Virus record (IMG/VR): IMGVR_UViG_3300023212_000488
Location: 1-39,112 of that record
Strand: one strand, 5' to 3'
Length of the DNA: 39,112 nt
Source of the DNA: a virus
Part shown: piece after piece, positions 15,430 through 24,956 of the stretch
Layout of the letters: each line of letters starts with the position of its first letter
Numbering within the stretch: the stretch's first letter is position 1
Notes under the pieces: generated by a model
The model's database searches: none
The model's input: only the letters and a program-made list of their open reading frames with translations
Told to the model about the DNA's origin: nothing
Program-made: the position numbers and the translations under genes

Positions 15430-16752
15430 TTATTCTTCGAGATTGATTTCTCCAGTCAAATCCATATCTAAAAGTTGTTTATCTAGTGCTTTTGCATTTT
15501 TTACGACTTGTGGAGCATTTCCCTTTGCCGCTCCTTCTATAATTTGGAAATAATGATTTCTTAAAGTTGGACTTTTACTCCGCAAAATTGTTTTGAATAA
15601 CTTATAGCCTCCACCACCAATCGATGTAGCTGCTGCTCCTGCTGTAGCTCCTAAAACAGCGCCCATCCCACCTGTTCCTCCGGCAATAAGAGAACCTAAT
15701 AATATTTTAGCGCCGGTGCTTTTTAATTTGGAAGTGGCATGTTTTTCAATGAAATTAGCTATTTTATTGCTTTGTGCATATGCTGCATAAGCCTCATTAG
15801 CTGATTTGCTTAAATTTAAATATTCAGGATTGTATTTTGCACCATATTCTTCGGCTGCTTTGATTATTTCACCTTTCACTTCATTAAGATTGTGAATCGC
15901 TGATTTTCTTAGCCTATCAGTTAAACCGCCTATTTCAAATCCTTTAAATTTATCCACCCATTTATTGATTGATGGACGAAATGCAACAAGTTCTTTAAGA
16001 TCTATTTTACTATTTTCACTGATTTTCCCTCTTATTTCATTAATTTTTGTCAGAGCTTCAACCGTATCTGGCTGAGATCCTCCCATTTTTAATGTTTTTT
16101 CTAATCGATTTAATGAATTTTCGAGATTTGTAGATTTTATCGAAAGTCCTTTAGGAATTGCATCATCTGCTTTTTGAAATAAACTAGAAGCATATTCTTT
16201 GGCTGTTCCAAGACCTTTACGATGTGATAAAAGATCTAAAAGAACCATAGTTCCTAATTTTCCTGCGGCGGCTTTACCTTCTCCCGTTCCGGAATATTTT
16301 AATCCTTCTTTTGCAAGATTTGCCATAACAGGAATTCCAATATTGCGAGCAATACTGTAATGTTTTGCACCTGGAAGAGCAAACAATGCAATATCTTGCA
16401 TAGTTTCGCCAATATTGCTTTCTAACTGATTTTGAGGCTTTGTGTATCCTCCTGTTGCTTTTTCACTAAATTCTTGCAGCTTTTGAGATCCAGGAGCGCC
16501 AATATCAAAACCAAAAAGTCCACCCGCAAAATTTATTAAATCACCTGGCAAACCAAAGGTTGCTTCAAGTATCCGAGACGTATTCATTGCCTGTGAACGT
16601 TCTATATCTCGCTCAACTTGTTCATCACTAATATATTGCTCTTCGGGGGCAGAAATGAGTTTAGCTTTTGATAAAAACTGTGGCTTTTTGTTTTCTGAAA
16701 TTAATTTTGCGCGAGAGAGAAAATTTGGTTTACTCTTCGATGGTGAAGTCAT
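15430..16752 (-). CDS. internal virion/ejection protein candidate with C-terminal Gly-rich TM region
   Basis: The 440-aa product contains LLGSLIAGGTGGMGAVLGATAGAAATSIGGGG. The gene follows the other internal-protein candidates. Confidence 0.4.
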   Translation of the reverse strand: MTSPSKSKPNFLSRAKLISENKKPQFLSKAKLISAPEEQYISDEQVERDIERSQAMNTSRILEATFGLPGDLINFAGGLFGFDIGAPGSQKLQEFSEKATGGYTKPQNQLESNIGETMQDIALFALPGAKHYSIARNIGIPVMANLAKEGLKYSGTGEGKAAAGKLGTMVLLDLLSHRKGLGTAKEYASSLFQKADDAIPKGLSIKSTNLENSLNRLEKTLKMGGSQPDTVEALTKINEIRGKISENSKIDLKELVAFRPSINKWVDKFKGFEIGGLTDRLRKSAIHNLNEVKGEIIKAAEEYGAKYNPEYLNLSKSANEAYAAYAQSNKIANFIEKHATSKLKSTGAKILLGSLIAGGTGGMGAVLGATAGAAATSIGGGGYKLFKTILRSKSPTLRNHYFQIIEGAAKGNAPQVVKNAKALDKQLLDMDLTGEINLEE

Positions 16753-17857
16753 GCTCTAATGCCTCATCAAGATCTTTGGAATCTATTTCATAAAGTGAAC
16801 CATCTGGAGATTTAACTCTAACAACAGCTTTTTTTCCTTTATGAAATGCTTTAATTTTTTTGATGTTGTTTTTAAGCTCTTCTTGTCTATCAATGGCATA
16901 TTTTTTCATTTCCTTACCAGCTCTAGAATCAATATCAGCTCTAACAAAACCAAATTTTTCGCGATCTTTCTCAGCAAAATCATCTATAAGATCTATTCTT
17001 TTTTTTGCTAAATCCAATTTGAATTGCATTCCCTCAGCAGTAATTAAATTAGCTTCGGGAGACCTTCCTATCTTTGGTAATGCATCAGCAAGCTGTTGTT
17101 CAATCCACATATTTGGTCTTGCACCAGCTCTTGAAAGGTCCGAAAGGAAAAAATCTTTAATACCTGTTTTTAATTTTACACCTTCTGCAGATCTTAAAGG
17201 CTCAAAACCTGTCACATCAGCAAAATAATCAAGCGCTCCTACTTTTGGAGAGGCATTTTTAATATCTTGTATAGCTTGTTCTTGTAATGGAATATTTTTT
17301 CTCGCTTCATTCAATTCCAACAAAATTGGTTTGCTTATTTCCGTCTCTTCTTTTCTTCTTAACTTTTCTTTTTCAAAATTGAATTTTTTTTCTTCAGATT
17401 GTCTTTCCAATTCTGCTTTAAACATATTTCCGAAAACTCCAGCTTCTCCTGGTTGTCCAGCAAAAGCAGCGCCTTGTCTAAGTTTTTCTTCAGGAATTTT
17501 CGAAAGATCAAATCCATCTTGAGTTTGTGGCGAAGAACTCATATCTTGTTGGCCGTCCTGCTCCTGACCTCCAAAAAGACGACCATATATATTTTGTTGT
17601 CCTTTTAATGCATTTAAGCGTTCTTCAGCAAGTTGTTGTTGAGCTAGTTGAAGAGGAGTCATTTGCTTTTCAGGAGCGAATTTTTGTTTGAAGTAGGCGG
17701 CTTGGGCTTGTTCAGGTAAAGCAGAAATACTAGGGTCTATGCCAAAATTTTCCAGAGCTTGTCTTTGAGCTTCTTGTTCAAGACCACGCCCAATACCTAC
17801 ATTTAATCTTTGCCCAAAAGAAGGCTTTTTTTGTACTGCAGGAACAATTTGAACCAT
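16730..17857 (-). CDS. internal virion protein candidate (coiled-coil, Gln/Glu/Lys-rich)
   Basis: The ATG at 17857 (MVQIVPAVQKK) lies just after the upstream stop, whereas the track start at 17884 overlaps the previous gene. Confidence 0.4.
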   Translation of the reverse strand: MVQIVPAVQKKPSFGQRLNVGIGRGLEQEAQRQALENFGIDPSISALPEQAQAAYFKQKFAPEKQMTPLQLAQQQLAEERLNALKGQQNIYGRLFGGQEQDGQQDMSSSPQTQDGFDLSKIPEEKLRQGAAFAGQPGEAGVFGNMFKAELERQSEEKKFNFEKEKLRRKEETEISKPILLELNEARKNIPLQEQAIQDIKNASPKVGALDYFADVTGFEPLRSAEGVKLKTGIKDFFLSDLSRAGARPNMWIEQQLADALPKIGRSPEANLITAEGMQFKLDLAKKRIDLIDDFAEKDREKFGFVRADIDSRAGKEMKKYAIDRQEELKNNIKKIKAFHKGKKAVVRVKSPDGSLYEIDSKDLDEALEHDFTIEE

Positions 17858-17867
17858 AATGTACCTA

Positions 17868-18464
17868 TTAAAATGCAGAACCAAGTCTTTGACCTAAAGA
17901 AGCACCAGCTAAAGCGCCCCCAGGACCACCAGCAAAAAAGCCTCCCAATCCACCAAGACCTGCGCCAATTAAGCCTCCCCATCCAGAACTAGAAGATTGT
18001 TTTTGTCTTTTTTCTTGGATGAATCGATCATAAGGTTTTTGAGAGAGTAAGCTTTCACTGATTCCTAAAAGATCAGATAATGCTTGTCTTTGGAGATCAT
18101 GTCTTTGAGCCTGCAATTGTTGTGCAAAGTTTGATGCTGCTGATGTCAATGTGTTTTGAAATCCGCTGCTATGTCTACCACCAGATCCCATGCCGCTAAA
18201 ACGTGAAGCAATGTTTCCTTGAAGTTCATTAAATTGTCTAAGTGCAGGACCTTCTGCCTGCGCAAATGCCGCTTCATCACCACCAGCAAGACGGCTCAAA
18301 TAACTTTGTGGGCCTACATGACCAAAAAGAGAGCTGAAAAGATTCATTTGTTCAGGGGTAAATTGTTGAAGTTGTCCTGCACGATATCCTTTCGGAACGA
18401 TATCTCCAGGACCAGCACCACGAGCACCTGTTGGCTTCATTCCATAACCAGTTGCCATCGACAT
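17868..18464 (-). CDS. Gly-rich internal virion protein candidate
   Basis: The 198-aa product has a C-terminal GWGGLIGAGLGGLGGFFAGGPGGALAGASLG. Confidence 0.4.
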   Translation of the reverse strand: MSMATGYGMKPTGARGAGPGDIVPKGYRAGQLQQFTPEQMNLFSSLFGHVGPQSYLSRLAGGDEAAFAQAEGPALRQFNELQGNIASRFSGMGSGGRHSSGFQNTLTSAASNFAQQLQAQRHDLQRQALSDLLGISESLLSQKPYDRFIQEKRQKQSSSSGWGGLIGAGLGGLGGFFAGGPGGALAGASLGQRLGSAF

Positions 18465-18506
18465 AAAATACCTCTTTTTACTCTAAAATATCAGATAGAA
18501 TTATTT

Positions 18507-18977
18507 TTAAACAGAAGATAACCATTCTAGCACTATCTTTCCTGAAGATAAAGCAGGCGCTCCAGCGCCTAAAACAAAAATTATCTGCGTTGTAGTGATG
18601 AAGAAAGTGATTAAACCTGCAGTTGATGTAGATGTTCCCCATACAAGACCATAACTATTTGTCCCATCAGTATATTGTCCCCAGCAACGAGTGAATTGGC
18701 TTATAGAATTGATATTGATATTGTGAGTGATTGATGAGGTTGAAGAAAAAGTAAAAACTTGTCTTAGACTCTGCTGTCTTTGATTTGCAAAAATAAACCA
18801 TTCTTCGCCTGTAACAGATGGTTGATTAACAGAGAAAATCCCTATCATTCGAGCATTGACAGCATTCGCAATATCAACCCAACTTTTATTTATTTGCAAA
18901 GTTAGCCTATCTGGATCTGATGGAAATTCTCTACTAGTTCTGAGAAAAGAGACTGGATTGACGATATTACTAGACAT
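18507..18977 (-). CDS. virion structural protein (hypothetical)
   Basis: ORF from the track, tightly following the 999-aa gene. Confidence 0.45.
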   Translation of the reverse strand: MSSNIVNPVSFLRTSREFPSDPDRLTLQINKSWVDIANAVNARMIGIFSVNQPSVTGEEWFIFANQRQQSLRQVFTFSSTSSITHNININSISQFTRCWGQYTDGTNSYGLVWGTSTSTAGLITFFITTTQIIFVLGAGAPALSSGKIVLEWLSSV

Positions 18978-18978
18978 A

Positions 18979-21978
18979 TCACACCAAAAGTTGCGATGGT
19001 GAAACGTCCAAAATCATTCCATGAAGTTCAATTTCATCGAAAACATTATTGAAAGATATTTGAGAAATTATGCCTCCAGAAATATATGCAGAAAAACCTG
19101 TTGAATTGACATCCAATGTTATTGTTGATGTTGTCACTGAGATCACTTGATAGTTATTTCCATTAAGTTGTGTCATTCCTAGAACACCATTAATCTGCAC
19201 AAGATCGTTCGCTTCAATACTGAAAGGACCTGTGACTGTTAAAACACATGATGCAGCTTGTGTAGCTCCGGTGATTATGAAAGCTGTTCCAAAAGTTATC
19301 GCATTTATCTGCGCAGGCGATAATGTGAAACCTATTTGCACAGTATCTCCAATCAAAGAAGTATTCATACGATGCCAAATCTGAGCTTGTTGCATAGCTG
19401 TTGGCATCTGTAAATTTGAATTAAATGCAGTTAATCCCAAATTTGTGCTTTCAGGGCATGTGTAGAGAACTTGGCTGTATATAAGAGAACCATTAACATT
19501 AACTGCAGGATCGTTATAAGCCGATGAAGCATTCTGGCTCAGGAATATCTGTAAGGTAATTTGTCCATTTTGAGTAGTCGTCAATAGATATTGTTGAGGA
19601 CCAATTCGCGTTTTTCTTGCCATATCCCATGCCAAAGGAAATTGCTTAGATTGGATTTGAGGAATATATATTCGCGTGATCAAACCACCTCCAAGATATG
19701 TTCCTGAAGGTGTTATATTGATATTGAAAGTATTTTCTGTGACTCCAGAAACTTGAAATATAAAGCCATTTAAAGGTGTTCCAATTGTTCCCAAGCATCC
19801 TGTTATGATGATGAAATCACCATTGAATAATCCATGATCAGGTGATGTAATCGTATTGCTACTAATGGAATTTAAAGTTAAGGAGGACTCTTCGCTTGTT
19901 CCTGTACCACGAACTAAAACAAATCCTTGTTGGTTTCCGCCAATCACAACAGGCTGTAGAAGCTCAGATTCTCCTGCATCCCAAGGGTCATTCCAAACGC
20001 TCCAAGAAGGATAAATATCGCCAACTATGCCCCAAGTAAAACCAGTCTGTTTTCTAAATGATCCATATGTTGTATAGGATTCTCTAAATATCGCCCATGA
20101 TTGATCTCTATAGTTGTACTGAAGCGTTTTTGAAGGAAATCTATAGATTGTGCCATCTTGACTCGAAGTTGGATATGTGAAATAGATCCATTCATTGATA
20201 AAATCGCGTTGCGCTGTGACTCGTTCTGTTCCATTATTCGTTAAGCGTGTCTCAAATACTTCGTCAGGTATCTCAAGATCAATTCTTGCAGCTTGTGTTT
20301 GTGAAGTGATTATATATCCCCGGTTTCCCTTACTTATTACACCATGATCTAGATTGATTGTAGAAAATGTGCTGCTAGAACCAAGCTCAGCATTGATAAT
20401 GAAGAAATTGAAAGGTAATATATCATTACCGGTGTAAATGACACGTGTCTGAATATTCGAATCAAATCCTACAATTAAAGCATCTTCATTGGTCGAGACA
20501 GTGGATATTTGCCTATCTAATCCAGCTGAAGCAAAACCACCGAATCCTGTTTGATCTTCCCAATATGCAGAAGGAGTTGCTGTTTGATTTATAGGGACTA
20601 AAATAGGATTAAATACTGTCGTTGCGCTTAATGGATTTCCTGTGAAAGATGAAGTATAATATGGTGTTCCATTTTGGCTAAAAATGATCGTATCTTGTAG
20701 ATATATAGGTGTAGCCGAAGCTCCAGATGTTTGAATAGCTGGACCAAAGAAAAGCAATCTATCCTTGAAAGGGATTATCATTTTTGCCCCTACAAGGTAA
20801 TACTGAGCTTGTGGTAAATCAGCAATACTGAAAACATTCTGAGATAATGGCGGAGTGAAATTCACCCAACCATTTCCTGCTGTCAACACAGGAGTAGTAA
20901 CACTTCCATTTGTGGGATCACCATCATACCAACGAATACAATCTTTTGTTGTGCTAGAACGATTTGTAAGATATTGAACAATCCCTGGTGTATGTGTACC
21001 AGCAGCAATAGTAGCATTTGGAAAAGTAATCGTAATAGTGTTCGGATTGCCTCCAGATGCCGCTGTAACAAATCCTGTTTGTCCATTCACAGTCGTATCA
21101 TTTGCACTACTTATGGTCCATTCATACATGAATACAAAATCACCTATAACTAAAGGACAATTCGAAATTGTCATTGTCATCGTCGTAGCAGTGCTAGAAA
21201 CAGCACTAATAGTGCTTGCAGGAGCAAACTGCATTCCAATATTTGTGGTAGTGAATGGTTGAGTAAAACCATTTGTTACCCAAATGGCTCCAAGATAGTT
21301 TGTAGACCAATATTGCTGATAATCTTGCCCATTCCAAGTTGTAGTAGTCCAATTAGTTTTTTGTGTATATCCCGAAAAAGATGCTGTAGGTAAATTTTTA
21401 TAAAAACTCACATCATAGGCGCTATAAGGAAATGAAGTTTGGATATTGTATGAAAAGACATCATCAAAAGCTAATGTTCCTGGAAACTGCATTCCTCCTA
21501 AAATAAGTTCTTCAAGGCCCAGGACAGGAAGCGTTGGATAATATGAAAATGTTGCAGAAATGGCTTGCCCAGCTGCGGCAGCGATCGTAATTGCTCCAGT
21601 AGAATAATTAATAGTTCCACTTGGAGAAAATGTTCCATTTCCTTGATCAGTGAATGTTATAGGACCAGGCGCTGTCACAACTACACTTCCAAGTACGATA
21701 GTAGCATTTGTTTGAAGCGATGTAAAACCCGTCAAAATATTTCCATTTCCTGACCCGTCTAATGTAATAGTAGTCGATCCAGGGTTATATACCGTAGAAA
21801 GCGAATTGAAAAATCTCTGGAAGCGACAAAGAAATTGAGTTCCTCGTTTTCTTTTCACTCTACCACGCCATTGATAAGCATTGATAAGAGTTGGAAAAGA
21901 TTCATTATCAATCGCAGAAGGAATAAGATCGTTTCTTAAACCTTTAGGAAACGGTCCAATAATAAGCTTCTCACCCAT
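18979..21978 (-). CDS. large virion structural protein (tail nozzle/tubular-B-like position) with small beta-barrel insert domains
   Basis: The protein is 999 aa. The call rests on gene order (after capsid and adaptor genes, before internal proteins). The C-terminus carries two modules, GDFIIITGCLGTIGTPLNGFIFQV and NDLVQINGVLGMTQLNGNNYQVISV. Confidence 0.5.
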   Translation of the reverse strand: MGEKLIIGPFPKGLRNDLIPSAIDNESFPTLINAYQWRGRVKRKRGTQFLCRFQRFFNSLSTVYNPGSTTITLDGSGNGNILTGFTSLQTNATIVLGSVVVTAPGPITFTDQGNGTFSPSGTINYSTGAITIAAAAGQAISATFSYYPTLPVLGLEELILGGMQFPGTLAFDDVFSYNIQTSFPYSAYDVSFYKNLPTASFSGYTQKTNWTTTTWNGQDYQQYWSTNYLGAIWVTNGFTQPFTTTNIGMQFAPASTISAVSSTATTMTMTISNCPLVIGDFVFMYEWTISSANDTTVNGQTGFVTAASGGNPNTITITFPNATIAAGTHTPGIVQYLTNRSSTTKDCIRWYDGDPTNGSVTTPVLTAGNGWVNFTPPLSQNVFSIADLPQAQYYLVGAKMIIPFKDRLLFFGPAIQTSGASATPIYLQDTIIFSQNGTPYYTSSFTGNPLSATTVFNPILVPINQTATPSAYWEDQTGFGGFASAGLDRQISTVSTNEDALIVGFDSNIQTRVIYTGNDILPFNFFIINAELGSSSTFSTINLDHGVISKGNRGYIITSQTQAARIDLEIPDEVFETRLTNNGTERVTAQRDFINEWIYFTYPTSSQDGTIYRFPSKTLQYNYRDQSWAIFRESYTTYGSFRKQTGFTWGIVGDIYPSWSVWNDPWDAGESELLQPVVIGGNQQGFVLVRGTGTSEESSLTLNSISSNTITSPDHGLFNGDFIIITGCLGTIGTPLNGFIFQVSGVTENTFNINITPSGTYLGGGLITRIYIPQIQSKQFPLAWDMARKTRIGPQQYLLTTTQNGQITLQIFLSQNASSAYNDPAVNVNGSLIYSQVLYTCPESTNLGLTAFNSNLQMPTAMQQAQIWHRMNTSLIGDTVQIGFTLSPAQINAITFGTAFIITGATQAASCVLTVTGPFSIEANDLVQINGVLGMTQLNGNNYQVISVTTSTITLDVNSTGFSAYISGGIISQISFNNVFDEIELHGMILDVSPSQLLV

Positions 21979-22607
21979 TAGTTACCTATAGCTAGCCAAT
22001 AAAAACCTGTGTAAGATGTTGCACTAGGAGTGGTTGTGAATTGCCAACTAAAACCTGTGGCACTTTTTGATGTTATTTGGATTGTTTGACTGCTACTACT
22101 TGTTCCTATCAATGTAGCTTGAACATTTAAACAACCACTTGGAAATGGAATGGAATTACCAGAACTTACTGACTGAAATGTCACACTTCCTGTTTCCAAT
22201 ACTCCAAATGTGACTTGTCCCCATTGAAATATTAGACCATTGCAATAGGCAAAACCACCATTAGAAATTAAAGCAGTACCTGTCATTTGAATAGTACCAC
22301 CATTGTTCGTCATAAATAATTGTGATCCTGCAGAGCCTGCAGGACTACTATTTGGCGTATATGATTTGCAATAAAGTTGCGTAAATTGATTTGATGATGG
22401 TGCCGGACTTGCTGATTGAGCTGGTTGATGAATTATAGTATGCCAGCCGCCGCTATTTGAATTACCGAAAACAGTTTGATTAAAACCAACATGGTCAACA
22501 GCAATCAAAGAATTTATAGAGTTGGTGTTTGTTTGCATTAAAGGCTGATCTGCAGAAGGATTGTTTGGTCCAGCAGGAATTCCGGTGTTATAAACAAAAC
22601 CTGTCAT
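21978..22607 (-). CDS. tail protein with fibre-type C-terminal domain
   Basis: The C-terminus ...ATGFSWQFTTTPSATSYTGFYWLAIGN resembles the W.AIG ending of short-fibre C-terminal domains. There is an ATGA-type overlap with neighbouring genes. Confidence 0.45.
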   Translation of the reverse strand: MTGFVYNTGIPAGPNNPSADQPLMQTNTNSINSLIAVDHVGFNQTVFGNSNSGGWHTIIHQPAQSASPAPSSNQFTQLYCKSYTPNSSPAGSAGSQLFMTNNGGTIQMTGTALISNGGFAYCNGLIFQWGQVTFGVLETGSVTFQSVSSGNSIPFPSGCLNVQATLIGTSSSSQTIQITSKSATGFSWQFTTTPSATSYTGFYWLAIGN

Positions 22608-23836
22608 AAGGTTGAGCCTCCTAAGTTATTGAACCCTGACTGTCCTTGGTTGATGCCTTGGCTATAAATTGTCTGTGTTCTTGATGCTGTAAACTGTCTT
22701 TGACTTCTTTTCCAAACAAGTGTTTCTTGCTCTTTAAAAAGAGGTTCATAAAATTGGAATTGTTCTATATCTCCAGTGTCGGAAAGTATCTTTCTAGCAG
22801 CACCACGAGCGATATATTCACACATATAAGCAAATTGAATTGCTTGATTGGAAGCTAAAAAGCCTGCAGGAGAAAGATAAGCATCGAGTTCGATTAAATA
22901 TTGCTGATCTGGAGGGCTTCTTAAAATAATTGTGTTATTTGTGAAAAGAACACCTCTAGGTAATCCAGTTTGAAAAAGAAAGCATTGAGCATTAATATTC
23001 ACTCCAGCAGGCACTACAACAGGAAAGGTGACATTGACCTGGCCAGTGAAATAATTGATGGTATTTGAGGTTGTGCTATAGCCGCCGGAAAGTGGTTGAT
23101 TCCCATTAGGAGCCTGTCCAGGCTGCATCAGCAAGCCATAATTTTGATTTCCGCTTAAAAATTGACCGCTATCCGTAACCAAAATTGAAGATCCATCAGC
23201 ACCATTTGAAGTAATGAATACTTGAGCTAAGGCATTAGCTACAGGCACACTTGCAATACTTCCTGTGGATCCAATTGCTTGAGCGCTTGTAACCACAGGA
23301 GGATCTGAAAGCCCTCCAAAAGAACTATTAGCTAAAGCAATGACACCATTAAGATCAACATGTCCTCTCAAAATATATTGAAAGGGCGTTGTAAGTGGTG
23401 TGAAATTAGTTGGTGCTATCGGAAAAGTAAATGTATAAGGACCTGCTGTACCATTACCAATAGCCACTACATTCATTTGCTGAACAATATTCGGCCAAAT
23501 ATTAAAAAATGTCGTTTTATCTATCTGGAAAGGCACCTGAATGCCATTTACATAAACAGGATCCAAAAATCCTTGATAAACAGGATAATAGTTTATTACT
23601 TCATTACCATCAGATGATGACTGAATTCCATACAATGGCATGTTGTATTGATCAAATCCAGGAACAGTTTGAAACTGATATTTTGTTTTCAAATCAAAGA
23701 GTTGAATGCGCGCATCCACATCCATAATCCAAAAACGATTGATATAATCGATGATCAAATCATCAGTTATAACCGCATTGGAAGGGCTTTTTATGATTCT
23801 ACGGACATATGTGATAATATCACTTAGAAGATTCAT
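22604..23836 (-). CDS. virion structural protein (adaptor/tail-proximal candidate)
   Basis: The 410-aa gene lies in the packed late operon. No motif was recognised with certainty. Confidence 0.45.
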   Translation of the reverse strand: MNLLSDIITYVRRIIKSPSNAVITDDLIIDYINRFWIMDVDARIQLFDLKTKYQFQTVPGFDQYNMPLYGIQSSSDGNEVINYYPVYQGFLDPVYVNGIQVPFQIDKTTFFNIWPNIVQQMNVVAIGNGTAGPYTFTFPIAPTNFTPLTTPFQYILRGHVDLNGVIALANSSFGGLSDPPVVTSAQAIGSTGSIASVPVANALAQVFITSNGADGSSILVTDSGQFLSGNQNYGLLMQPGQAPNGNQPLSGGYSTTSNTINYFTGQVNVTFPVVVPAGVNINAQCFLFQTGLPRGVLFTNNTIILRSPPDQQYLIELDAYLSPAGFLASNQAIQFAYMCEYIARGAARKILSDTGDIEQFQFYEPLFKEQETLVWKRSQRQFTASRTQTIYSQGINQGQSGFNNLGGSTL

Positions 23837-24420
23837 TAGAAGTTAGCAGCTCCCATAAAAACAGATTTTCTTGAACTTACTGGTGTAGCATCAAGCCTTT
23901 GAACTGTTGTATCAGCAACCATCACTCCAAAGTGCTGATTCCCTTTTTCATCAAAGCCACTTGTTGCACTTTGATCCATGCGTAAACGGTGATAACTAGC
24001 TCTTTTTATCTGCTCAGCAAGATATCTTGGACCCCAAACAGGTTTGTTGACAGGAACTGCCCACTCCTCTGCAGGCACTCCAGGAAACGGTCTTGTCCAA
24101 ATATCAATTGTTTCCCCAATTATTTCTTTATTTTCGGCGATAAACTGGACATACTCTTTTGAAAAGTTGTAATCTTCTCTAAATTTTTCATTGAATTTCT
24201 CTTTGCAACCAATCACTCGCTTTGGCTTAAGATAAATGTCTTTACTTTTCTCAATATCTTTTTGAGAAATCTTTGTTTGTGGCTCTACGTCTTCTTTTGG
24301 AGCCTCATTCATACGATCTTGTGTCAATTCTTTGACGTTCTTATCAAAAGCGTCAAAATGCTTTTGTGCTTTATCCAATTCTTGCTCTGCTAATGAGCCA
24401 GATACTTTTGGTTTCGCCAT
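23836..24420 (-). CDS. virion-associated protein (charged N-terminus)
   Basis: ORF from the track with GGAG plus 5 nt upstream. Confidence 0.5.
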   Translation of the reverse strand: MAKPKVSGSLAEQELDKAQKHFDAFDKNVKELTQDRMNEAPKEDVEPQTKISQKDIEKSKDIYLKPKRVIGCKEKFNEKFREDYNFSKEYVQFIAENKEIIGETIDIWTRPFPGVPAEEWAVPVNKPVWGPRYLAEQIKRASYHRLRMDQSATSGFDEKGNQHFGVMVADTTVQRLDATPVSSRKSVFMGAANF

Positions 24421-24483
24421 AATGTCTCCGATAATGTGTTGCTGAATTTCAAAATTTATTTACATTATATCTTCAAAAAATTT

Positions 24484-24906
24484 TTATGGCGATATATTTA
24501 TAAAGCTTCCTGGGATATTCGTCGTGGGTATTGATCTTCCTGTGCTGCTAATAATGCCAGAATTGACATCTCCAATAGCTGCAATCTGTGGCAGTGTCTT
24601 TGTTTGGAAAGGTAAAAAAGTTGGTGAAGCAATGAAGCTACTTGCTCCATTAGAGTTGATATCCAAAATAACTTGATTAGGAGCAGGAATAGAAAGCACT
24701 ATTCCAGTTTGCTCATTAAGCTCTCGTGAGCCATATTTATCAGGGATCAATAAGCGAACCTGTTGTCCAACAACATAATTATTGTTGACTGAAGTAGTGA
24801 CCGTTGTGTTTACTCCTAGAGAAATAGCTGAAATAACAAAGACACTAGGTTGAAAATTCTGAGGCTCTATCGGTGGATTAGAAAAAGGCGGTCTTGGTCC
24901 TGGCAT
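24484..24906 (-). CDS. small structural protein with one beta-barrel module shared with the 378-aa protein
   Basis: YVVGQQVRLLIPDKYGSRELNEQTGIVLSI...LPQIAAIGDVNSG parallels segments of the 24957..26093 product. Confidence 0.5.
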   Translation of the reverse strand: MPGPRPPFSNPPIEPQNFQPSVFVISAISLGVNTTVTTSVNNNYVVGQQVRLLIPDKYGSRELNEQTGIVLSIPAPNQVILDINSNGASSFIASPTFLPFQTKTLPQIAAIGDVNSGIISSTGRSIPTTNIPGSFINISP

Positions 24907-24923
24907 AATTTATCCTTATAGAA

Positions 24924-24948
24924 GAGGAGGGATATAAAGTCCCTCCTC
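24924..24948 (-). terminator. hairpin (partial terminator/attenuator) after the 378-aa gene
   Basis: GAGGAGGG (24924-24931) pairs with CCCTCCTC (24941-24948). On the minus strand it is followed by TTCTAT. Confidence 0.4.
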
Positions 24949-24956
24949 CCATATGA

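Noticed and set aside
16860-18521. Plus-strand ORFs 16860-17228, 17331-17522, 17399-17608, 17810-17992 and 18219-18521
   Set aside because: They are antisense shadows of the internal-protein genes, with Ser/Leu/Phe-rich products and no SDs.
20025-21753. Small ORFs inside the 999-aa gene on either strand (20025-20234, 20883-21086, 21038-21262, 21565-21753)
   Set aside because: They are embedded in a long, uninterrupted structural gene and have no independent signals.
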